Shown here: positions 8,650-16,174 of the stretch, one piece after another
How the letters are laid out: each line of letters begins with the position of its first letter
How positions within the stretch are numbered: position 1 is the stretch's first letter
Source: a virus
Lineage: Duplodnaviria > Heunggongvirae > Uroviricota > Caudoviricetes
IMG/VR virus record: IMGVR_UViG_3300028048_000103
Location: 64,001 to 94,522 of that record
Length of the DNA stretch: 30,522 bases
Reading direction: 5' to 3' (one strand)
Notes under the pieces: generated by a model
What the model saw: only the letters and a program-made list of their open reading frames with translations
Database searches by the model: none
What the model was told of the DNA's origin: nothing
Position numbers and translations under genes: made by a program

Positions 8650-8679
8650 TTATTAATAAAATATATATTTTATTAATAA
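8650..8679. repeat. Perfect 30-bp A/T-only palindrome in an extremely AT-rich intergenic region
   Basis: TTATTAATAAAATATATATTTTATTAATAA equals its own reverse complement. It overlaps a direct repeat TATTAATAAAATAT (8651-8664, 8671-8684). Confidence 0.85.
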
Positions 8680-8761
8680 AATATTTTTTTAAAAATAAAA
8701 AATTTACTAAATGAGTTAATAGTACTTATAAGTTATCTGTATAGGAAAAAATTGAAAAATT

Positions 8762-8792
8762 TTTGTTTTTTCATTTTTTATTTGTAGTTTTG
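8762..8792 (+). promoter_or_regulatory. Bacteroidota-type sigma70 promoter
   Basis: TTTG (8762-8765), 19 nt, TAGTTTTG (8785-8792), 18 nt before ATG 8811. Confidence 0.75.
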
Positions 8793-8810
8793 TCAAAAAT
8801 TAAAATATTT

Positions 8811-9083
8811 ATGGAAACATTAGAAGAACTTAAGGAGTATATCACTGACATGGGTTATGAAGATACAGTTGTTTTTGATAATCCATCTTATGTAACTGCT
8901 TTCATTGGACTTTCAAATGAATGTAATGCAGTATATGATTACGAAAAAATGATTGAATATCTAATGGAAACTGATGGTATGGAATATGATGATGCCATGG
9001 AGTTTATAGAATATAACACAATTAGGGCACTGCCATATATGGGTAGTTCAGCACCTGTTGTGGTTTATCCAATTAATTATTAA
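8811..9083 (+). CDS. Small conserved phage hypothetical protein
   Basis: ATG 8811 follows the promoter. The AFIG...AVYDYEKMIEYLM...AMEFIEYN...P pattern is familiar from phage hypothetical proteins. Confidence 0.7.
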   Translation: METLEELKEYITDMGYEDTVVFDNPSYVTAFIGLSNECNAVYDYEKMIEYLMETDGMEYDDAMEFIEYNTIRALPYMGSSAPVVVYPINY

Positions 9084-9084
9084 T

Positions 9085-10095
9085 ATGTCTGATTTTAATG
9101 ATAAATATTTGTTGTTTAGTTTGATACACGAGTTTTCGTATGGTAAAGTAAGTGAAGAAATTTTATCAGAAGAAAGAAGTGTTGTACCAAACATTGAGAA
9201 TATTGTTGATTCTTTCTTAATCGGTGGAATTATTAAACAGGTTGTAAAAGTTATTGAATACGACAATAAAAACTATTTTGGGGAAATATTCAATACAAGT
9301 AATACTGAAGTATATACCAAAAAGAATATTGATTTACCATCAGATTGTTTTTTCAGTGATTTTTATTTAGAACTTACAGTAAAAAAATCAAAAGATACAC
9401 ATTATAATGGCGGCTTATATCCATTAAAATCATTTATTAAAATGCAAAAAGGGTTTGTTTTTAAACCATATATTAAATTAAACATGGAAGGTAATTCTTC
9501 TATTATAATATTAGAAAAAATATCAATTGGATTATCCCATGAGTTAACACATGCATATGATTATTATATGTATTTTAAGAAAAACGGTTTTCCTCAATCA
9601 GTAAATGATTTCTATAAAGCCGGTACGCAAAGATTCAATAATGCAAAAATAAGCAACAATGGTGTTGAAAGAGTAATTGGTGACATAATGTACAGGTTGT
9701 CACAAAAAGAATTAAATGCATATTTAGGACAATTAAGAACAGAGTTAAAATTTGATGCAACAAAAATACAAGATGCTAAAACAGCATTTAATGCAATAAA
9801 AGAAACTTCATCATATCAAAAAACATACAAGTTTTTAGAGGACGAAATATCTTATATTGTTAACAATGTTGAACGTGAAGATTATCAACACTTAATTATT
9901 AAATATACTAATAGTGTGGCAAACAAAAACTTTACTAACTATCAGCAAGTAGTTAAATACTATTTTAACAGGTGGTATAAATGGTCAGAAACATATCTAA
10001 CAAAAGCAAGTAAAATTGCCTTTGATGTTTTTAGTGAATCCAGTAATATTGGTTATGAGGATGATAAAACAAATAGTTTGAAAGATACTATTTAA
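9085..10095 (+). CDS. Zincin-like metallopeptidase-domain protein
   Basis: LSHELTHAYD (HExxH) with downstream KELNAY (ExxA third ligand). The start was moved to ATG 9085, just after the upstream TAA. Confidence 0.65.
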   Translation: MSDFNDKYLLFSLIHEFSYGKVSEEILSEERSVVPNIENIVDSFLIGGIIKQVVKVIEYDNKNYFGEIFNTSNTEVYTKKNIDLPSDCFFSDFYLELTVKKSKDTHYNGGLYPLKSFIKMQKGFVFKPYIKLNMEGNSSIIILEKISIGLSHELTHAYDYYMYFKKNGFPQSVNDFYKAGTQRFNNAKISNNGVERVIGDIMYRLSQKELNAYLGQLRTELKFDATKIQDAKTAFNAIKETSSYQKTYKFLEDEISYIVNNVEREDYQHLIIKYTNSVANKNFTNYQQVVKYYFNRWYKWSETYLTKASKIAFDVFSESSNIGYEDDKTNSLKDTI

Positions 10096-10390
10096 CAAAT
10101 AACCATACAAGAACACCAACAATGTTATATAATATATTTACCTTTTTTTCCTGAGGGTAATTTAAATCAACATCTTTGGTTCTATTACGTTCAAAGTTGA
10201 TTTTATAACAGAAATTATGTGTTGCCCATTCAAGCATCATACTTTTAATTTTTCTGTTTTTAAATACAATATTGTCTGGATACTCAGATTTTATTGTATT
10301 GAGTATTTCTTTGAAATTCTTTTTGGAGACTAAATAACTATCTTTAATATTAATATTGTTAGTAGATACTGTATAATTTATGTTTTCCAT
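10088..10390 (-). CDS. Hypothetical protein with hydrophobic C-terminal segment
   Basis: ATG 10390 (MENINY). Contains EWATHN...RTKDVDLNYP and ends ILYNIVGVLVWLFVK. It overlaps the convergent ORF by 8 nt. Confidence 0.65.
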   Translation of the reverse strand: MENINYTVSTNNINIKDSYLVSKKNFKEILNTIKSEYPDNIVFKNRKIKSMMLEWATHNFCYKINFERNRTKDVDLNYPQEKKVNILYNIVGVLVWLFVK

Positions 10391-10406
10391 ATTTTTAACA
10401 TTTTTA

Positions 10407-10416
10407 TATAAATATT
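10407..10416 (-). promoter_or_regulatory. Variant of the putative late motif (AATATTTATA)
   Basis: One mismatch to ACTATTTATA, 16 nt upstream of ATG 10390. Low specificity in AT-rich DNA. Confidence 0.35.
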
Positions 10417-10446
10417 TTGTTTTTATTAAAAATGTATGTATATTTG
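10416..10446 (+). promoter_or_regulatory. Bacteroidota-type sigma70 promoter for ssb
   Basis: TTTG (10416-10419), 19 nt, TATATTTG (10439-10446). Confidence 0.7.
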
Positions 10447-10528
10447 CATTGGTAATTTGTGAAAGGAAAAAAATGTGGCTCAATTCCACACACAAATCAA
10501 ATTAAATTTTTTAAAACTTTTATTTTTT

Positions 10529-11020
10529 ATGATTAATGTTGTAATTGGTCGGCTTGGAAAGGATGCCGAGATTGGTGAAACCAGTGGTGGAACCAAGTAT
10601 GTAAAGTTTACTGTTGCGGAAAACAATTATCGTAATGGAGAAGACAAGACCACATGGTATGATGTTACTTCTTATGACAGTTTTGTTGTTAATACGCAAA
10701 TTAAAGTACTAAAAAAGGGTGCTTTTGTTGTAATTGTTGGTGATGTTGATAGCAAGATTAATGTTGGTAAGAACGGAAAGATTTATCTTAACCATAACAT
10801 TACTGCTTCGGCAATCAAAGTTCCAAATCTTGGAAATAATAACAGGACAAGTGAACCTGAAAACAACGTAACCAAAACTACAATTGAAAGTGTTTCAGTT
10901 GGGAACTTGCCTCCAACTACCACATCAACACCTCAGGTGGCTGTACCTGAAGTTCATCCGGTTGTACAGCAGATAAATGAAGTTATTCCTGATGATGATG
11001 GTGATGACCTTCCTTTTTAG
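10529..11020 (+). CDS. ssb: Single-stranded DNA-binding protein
   Basis: OB-fold pattern VVIGRLGKDAE...FTVAEN...TTWYDV...KKGAFVVIVG, a low-complexity tail and acidic tip DDDGDDLPF. Start at ATG 10529. Confidence 0.9.
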   Translation: MINVVIGRLGKDAEIGETSGGTKYVKFTVAENNYRNGEDKTTWYDVTSYDSFVVNTQIKVLKKGAFVVIVGDVDSKINVGKNGKIYLNHNITASAIKVPNLGNNNRTSEPENNVTKTTIESVSVGNLPPTTTSTPQVAVPEVHPVVQQINEVIPDDDGDDLPF

Positions 11021-11040
11021 TTAATATTAGTGAATTAATT

Positions 11041-11076
11041 AAGGCAAGAATTGAAATATATTCTTGCTTTTTTTTG
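11041..11076 (+). terminator. Intrinsic terminator after ssb
   Basis: AAGGCAAGAAT (11041-11051) pairs with ATTCTTGCTTT (11060-11070, one G-U), followed by a T-run. Confidence 0.65.
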
Positions 11077-11105
11077 TAAATAATAAGAGAAAAAAATATA
11101 AAATT

Positions 11106-11417
11106 ATGGCTACAATTAGAAAAATTGAAAATGTTGAAGACTATAATAAGTTAGTCGCAGGTACATGTGTTATTAAAGTTAGTGCTGCTTGGTGTCATCC
11201 ATGTCACACATTATCAGAAACAATTAAAAATCTTGATACCAAAATTACTTTTGCTGAATTAGATGCTGATGATGAATTTAGTGAAGATATTACATCTAAC
11301 CTTGGCATAAGGGGTATTCCTGTATTGATTTTCTTCAAGGATGGACAGGAAGTAGGAAGAACTGTTGGTGCTGTTGGTAGTGATGTAATTTATAATAACC
11401 TTAAAAATCTTGAATAA
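11106..11417 (+). CDS. trxA: Thioredoxin-family protein
   Basis: AWCHPC active site, GIRGIPVLIFFKDG (cis-Pro loop). Start at ATG 11106, since the track start lies in the terminator. Confidence 0.8.
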   Translation: MATIRKIENVEDYNKLVAGTCVIKVSAAWCHPCHTLSETIKNLDTKITFAELDADDEFSEDITSNLGIRGIPVLIFFKDGQEVGRTVGAVGSDVIYNNLKNLE

Positions 11418-11623
11418 TGTTTGTATTAAAATATATTTGTGCAATTATTGCAATTTTTTCCTCATTACTTTTTTTTAGTAATTTGGTTACCAATTTAACA
11501 TCACCACAGACTATTATTAGCAAAGAAAATGAAACTGTTGATAATAACCTTAATTTTGCCGCTTTTAGGCTTATTTTAGCATTAATAATGTCAATTACTT
11601 GGCCCTTAGTTTTCTTGCTTTAA
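11417..11623 (+). CDS. Small two-TM membrane protein
   Basis: TAATG coupling to trx. Two hydrophobic segments flank a polar loop. Confidence 0.6.
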   Translation: MFVLKYICAIIAIFSSLLFFSNLVTNLTSPQTIISKENETVDNNLNFAAFRLILALIMSITWPLVFLL

Positions 11624-11625
11624 AA

Positions 11626-11874
11626 ATGGAATTAGAGTGGTTAAACGAAAGAATTAAAACCGTTCCCCAAAGAAAAGGTTTCTATACATTTATTAAGATT
11701 TTTCTTTTTAAATGGAAAGGTGTAACATATAAAGATTTTTATGTCATTTTAAAAACACTTTATAAAAACAAAAAATATGATGAAAAACAAACAAATGCAA
11801 AAGCATTTAATGAAATATTAAGAATATATGAATATAATAATAACACTTTACCAAAAGAATTAAATAATGGCTGA
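11626..11874 (+). CDS. Hypothetical protein
   Basis: ATG 11626, 2 nt after the upstream stop. Overlaps the next ORF by 8 nt. Confidence 0.6.
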   Translation: MELEWLNERIKTVPQRKGFYTFIKIFLFKWKGVTYKDFYVILKTLYKNKKYDEKQTNAKAFNEILRIYEYNNNTLPKELNNG

Positions 11875-12610
11875 TGATTATAATTTTTTCACCACAATAG
11901 TTGCTGGTGAAAACCCTGAAGAATTAATGAAACCATATGATAAGAAAATTTCAGTAGAACCATACATATTATATAACTATAAAGATGCACATAAACTAAA
12001 AAAACTTTATATTGAATCTTGTAAGGCTGAGGTAATAGAATGTACAACACCACTTGAACAAGACGATATTAATGATGAAATAGATTATGTTACACAGTTA
12101 AATGACGAAGATTTCTTTGAGTATTTTACCGGTGAATATGAAAAAGATGATGAAGGAAATGCAATTTCAACTAAAAATAAAAAAGGCAAATGGACTTCCT
12201 ATCAATTAGGTAAATTTTTCTCAGTACCTTTCATTACATTAGATGGAATAGAAACATTTCAGGAATATAAGAAAAACATTGATTGGTATCGTATTCATCT
12301 CCACGGTCAGGAAATTTATAAAAGAGCATGGGAAATGGTTATGGAAAACAGTGAACCAATAAATGATAATGAAAAGAATATCTATGAAAACATGAAAAAT
12401 AGAACCGCTTATTTCCAAAAATTTAAAAATAAGGAAACATATGTGGTACATTCAACCGCTTTTTGGGGATATGCATTTTTAGATGATAATAAATGGGTAG
12501 ATATGGATTCCGAACCTGATGAATTTTCTTGGGTATCAAACTTTTTTGAAAAATATATTGACCCACTTGATGAAAATACATTATTAACAATTTATGAGTG
12601 TAGGAAATAA
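11867..12610 (+). CDS. Acidic conserved phage hypothetical protein
   Basis: 247 aa, operon-coupled, ends just before a terminator. C-terminal AFLDDNKWVD...LLTIYEC resembles a phage hypothetical family. Confidence 0.7.
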   Translation: MADDYNFFTTIVAGENPEELMKPYDKKISVEPYILYNYKDAHKLKKLYIESCKAEVIECTTPLEQDDINDEIDYVTQLNDEDFFEYFTGEYEKDDEGNAISTKNKKGKWTSYQLGKFFSVPFITLDGIETFQEYKKNIDWYRIHLHGQEIYKRAWEMVMENSEPINDNEKNIYENMKNRTAYFQKFKNKETYVVHSTAFWGYAFLDDNKWVDMDSEPDEFSWVSNFFEKYIDPLDENTLLTIYECRK

Positions 12611-12611
12611 T

Positions 12612-12642
12612 AAAAAAGGTGAGTTATTAACTCACCTTTTTA
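12612..12642. terminator. Bidirectional intrinsic terminator
   Basis: AAAAAGGTGAGTT (12613-12625), ATT, AACTCACCTTTTT (12629-12641), between convergent ORFs. Confidence 0.9.
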
Positions 12643-12666
12643 TTTAATGTTATTTTAAACTAAAAA

Positions 12667-15600
12667 TTAAGACATATTACCAAATACTGCATTATCATCA
12701 AATCCGAGAGTAATTGTATTATTACTATCATTAGGAGTTATCTTAATTTCACGTTGTACACCAACTAATATTTGTTTAAGAGCATTATAAACAGCACTTT
12801 GGATATTACCTGAGATTCCATCAATTAATGCATCAACTTCTTCTTTAGTATAAACATCCTGTTTAAGTGGTGTATTAAGAAGCCTGTCATTTAAATCATT
12901 AAATGCAGCAGCGATAACTTTTTCATCAATTTCATAAGTCTCTTTGGTTAAGAAAATATCATGAGTTTGTGCTGAAGTATAATAAGGTGATAAATCAACT
13001 GTTTTGGCACTTAAAATTGCTATTTGCTCTTCAATGTTAGTGATATCTTCAACATTGTTCACAACAACACCACTCAAATGAACAAGTGCTTCTGAAGAAC
13101 CAGCTTCTTCTGCTACCTCTTCTATTCTTTCATTAAGTTGATTTAATGCTGTTGAAACAACTCTTTCTTTATTTGAAATTTCAGATTTAGTATAATAGTT
13201 GTTTACAACTGCACCACTTAATTCTTGTAAATCATTTTGTACTGTTGTTATTTTTCCATTTAAATTATTAAGTGCAGCAGAAATAACCTTTTCATTTATT
13301 GCTGGCATAAACAACTCATCAGCCTCTTCTTTGGTATAATATAAATCACTATCAAATATATCACCAAGAGAAACATCAATGTCTTGTTTACCTGCATCAG
13401 TATTAAATACCAAGTGTAAAATACCATCACTAAAAGTGACACTACTAAGCATACCATCAACAATGAAATCAGAAGCATCAATGCTACCAACAACATTTCC
13501 TGTATTATCAGTGAAAACTATTTGAGGTGTTTCACCTGATGTTTCATAATTAACACCATTGAAATAGCCTGTTAAATCAACTGTCCTTCCACTTAATTCT
13601 TCAACTTTATTTTCCAAACTTTCAGTTTTTCCTGAGAGGATTGAAGTTTTTGTGTTTAAATCATTTAATGCAGCAGAAATAACTCTTTCTTTATTGTTTC
13701 TATCTTCGGTTTCAGCACTTAATGCTTCCCATAAAGCATCATCACCATTTTGACGGTCAATAATCTCTTGGGTTAATGCACTTTCAATTATTTGCGCTCT
13801 TTCTTTCATGGTATCAATAACATCACCAAGATTTTCTTCACCATGAACCATATCAGTGGTTTTATTGGAAACATAATATCTTACGTCACCATCAGCACCA
13901 CCTTCAGGATGATAATATCTCATAAGATTATTGTTATCAGCCTCTGCTTGCGTACCAATAGGTGTATGTGTTAGAGGGTCACTGAATGTTGTGTTAATGA
14001 TATTTCTAATTGAACCTGGTTGTAAATAAGTACCATCAAGTTGTGCAATCTTATCTTCAACTCTACCACTTAAAACAGATACACTTTCATTAGTGGCCAA
14101 ACCACCTTGTCCAACTCTTGCATCAAAAACATTATTTTCAAGTGTAAGATATGTACCTGCGGTATAAACAGGAATTAAGTCACTTAACGGTATGATAATT
14201 GGCTCTTTACCTGAATCAGTATTGAAAATTAAAACAAGATTGTTATTTTCAAGATATGCTCTGTCAAGCATTCCATCCTTAACAAACTTATTAGCATTTA
14301 CTTTACTAAGTTCAACGCCATCCTTGCCTTTAAGTACAATATATTCAACATCATCTTCTCTAACAATACCAACTGATAAATTGGTTTTTAAACCATTGGC
14401 ATCCTGTGTTAAAACATTGTCAGCAGCACTGATTTTTAATGCGACTTTTGCAGTATCATCAGCAACAGTAACATCAATAGCATTTTCACCAACAACAATA
14501 TTATCTTCTAATTCGTCTATTCTGTTGGATAATGCTGTATCAGCAGCCTGTCTTGCAGTCTCTTCATTTGCAATTTGTGATTCAAGATTAGCAACATCAG
14601 CAATATGCTCACTACTTAAATTAGTAATCATAGTGGAAAGTTCAGTTTCCCTGTTTTGAGCACGTTCTATTTCTGAATCAACTTTTGTGTTAATTTCATT
14701 TTCTTTTGCTGTTGCCCTACTAATTTCACTTTCAGTTGCAGCACTTAATTCACTAATCTTACTATCTAAATCAGAAGTACTGTTTTCAATTTCAGTTTCT
14801 AAATCAGTTTTAACTGTATCTATTTTGTTATTAAGTTCAGTTTCTTTTTCAGTTGCTCTTGTGGTTTCAGCATCTATTTTTGTATCAAGTCTACTGATTT
14901 CAGAAACCGTATTAGCACTTAATGATTCAGTACTTGCACTTAAACCATCAACCTTATCTTCAACAGTCTTTAATGCACTATCAAGTTTATGGTCAGCATC
15001 TGCTAATGAAGTTGCTTCATCAATATAATTGGTTGGATGGTCATGAACATAACTACCATCTTCAGCCAAACCTGCACCTGTTTGTGTTTTGTCAAGTTCA
15101 GACTGTAATTCATTTTCTTTAGTGGTTGCCCTTGTGGTTTCGGTTTCAACAGTAGTATCAATTGCGTTTTGTATACCACTTACTTTAAAACCATCAGCAC
15201 CAACTGTTAAGAAAGTTTCAGATGTAGAGTCTACAACACCATGTACAACGCCACTTGCATCAGCAGTAACGCCACTTTGAAATTCAGCCTCAACTAAGAA
15301 TTTTGAAACATCAACATAAACAACCTGCTCTTCTCCATTGGATAAAAGATAGGTAAATTTTAAAAATTGTCCTTTTCTACCTTGGTCATCAATATCAACA
15401 AGTTCAACTTTTTTTAAAGTTTGGTCTTTGTAAATATCTATTCTATCACCAAGTTGAACATCATTACTTGTAAGTAATTTATAAGCCTCCTTAACATTTT
15501 CAGGTAAGTTTTCAGAAACTTTTTCAATTCTAAGATTTTCCATATTTTTAAGAAAATCTGTCATTGAATGGTCATGGTGTATAAATTGTCCTTCGAAACC

Positions 15601-16152
15601 ATCAGGTATTTTTACATTGTCTGTTGAAAAATTATCAAAATAAGCTATGTTATTTTCAACTCTTGCAACAATTCCTTTACCTGTTTCTCCTTCCCAATCA
15701 GTTTCACCGGTATTATTGATTTCTACACCCTTTACAACATTCTCATCAAGTTCAGCAATTGATTCTTGCATTTCAGTAATTGAACTTTCAATACTATCAA
15801 TATTTTCATTAATAGTATCTATTGAATCAAGTGCATCTTGAATTTGTTCTTGCATTTCCTGAGTTAAACCTGATAAGACGGTAATATCTTCTTCAAGTTT
15901 TGCTGTGTCTATAATGTGATAAGGAACATCACCACCATCTTGTACACCAATAGCTAAAATTACCTGTTCTTTACCCTCTTCATCTTTATATTTTACAGCA
16001 ATTGGTTCAGCAATTACTGAACCACCAAAAGCCTCAGCTAATTCAATGTTATCAACTGAATGGTTTTTATTTACAACATTTTCAATATATTGAACTGCAA
16101 GTTCTCTATTATCAAATGCATTTGTTTTATGTCTAAATTGTAATCTTGCCAT
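12667..16152 (-). CDS. Large coiled-coil, repeat-rich putative virion fibre protein
   Basis: ATG 16152 (MARLQF). Heptad segments E..RA..KE.EL; four E(R/K)V(I/V)(S/A).A(L/F)N.LN repeats; two F(V/I).DGML....LVL/HL.FNTD.GK..I...L.D modules of the kind seen in Bacteroidota-phage fibres. Confidence 0.6.
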   Translation of the reverse strand: MARLQFRHKTNAFDNRELAVQYIENVVNKNHSVDNIELAEAFGGSVIAEPIAVKYKDEEGKEQVILAIGVQDGGDVPYHIIDTAKLEEDITVLSGLTQEMQEQIQDALDSIDTINENIDSIESSITEMQESIAELDENVVKGVEINNTGETDWEGETGKGIVARVENNIAYFDNFSTDNVKIPDGFEGQFIHHDHSMTDFLKNMENLRIEKVSENLPENVKEAYKLLTSNDVQLGDRIDIYKDQTLKKVELVDIDDQGRKGQFLKFTYLLSNGEEQVVYVDVSKFLVEAEFQSGVTADASGVVHGVVDSTSETFLTVGADGFKVSGIQNAIDTTVETETTRATTKENELQSELDKTQTGAGLAEDGSYVHDHPTNYIDEATSLADADHKLDSALKTVEDKVDGLSASTESLSANTVSEISRLDTKIDAETTRATEKETELNNKIDTVKTDLETEIENSTSDLDSKISELSAATESEISRATAKENEINTKVDSEIERAQNRETELSTMITNLSSEHIADVANLESQIANEETARQAADTALSNRIDELEDNIVVGENAIDVTVADDTAKVALKISAADNVLTQDANGLKTNLSVGIVREDDVEYIVLKGKDGVELSKVNANKFVKDGMLDRAYLENNNLVLIFNTDSGKEPIIIPLSDLIPVYTAGTYLTLENNVFDARVGQGGLATNESVSVLSGRVEDKIAQLDGTYLQPGSIRNIINTTFSDPLTHTPIGTQAEADNNNLMRYYHPEGGADGDVRYYVSNKTTDMVHGEENLGDVIDTMKERAQIIESALTQEIIDRQNGDDALWEALSAETEDRNNKERVISAALNDLNTKTSILSGKTESLENKVEELSGRTVDLTGYFNGVNYETSGETPQIVFTDNTGNVVGSIDASDFIVDGMLSSVTFSDGILHLVFNTDAGKQDIDVSLGDIFDSDLYYTKEEADELFMPAINEKVISAALNNLNGKITTVQNDLQELSGAVVNNYYTKSEISNKERVVSTALNQLNERIEEVAEEAGSSEALVHLSGVVVNNVEDITNIEEQIAILSAKTVDLSPYYTSAQTHDIFLTKETYEIDEKVIAAAFNDLNDRLLNTPLKQDVYTKEEVDALIDGISGNIQSAVYNALKQILVGVQREIKITPNDSNNTITLGFDDNAVFGNMS

Positions 16153-16174
16153 ATTATTATATCTATTTAAACTT

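Noticed and set aside
11018-11020. TAG-to-Gln recoding (genetic code 15), as in Lak and some crAss-like phages
   Set aside because: SSB ends in its canonical DDLPF tip immediately before TAG, other genes also end in TAG (5549, 27492, 10088), and the long ORFs are uninterrupted in code 11.
11417-11623. Holin call for the two-TM protein
   Set aside because: It sits among ssb/trx early-type genes with no endolysin or spanin nearby, and hydrophobicity alone is insufficient.
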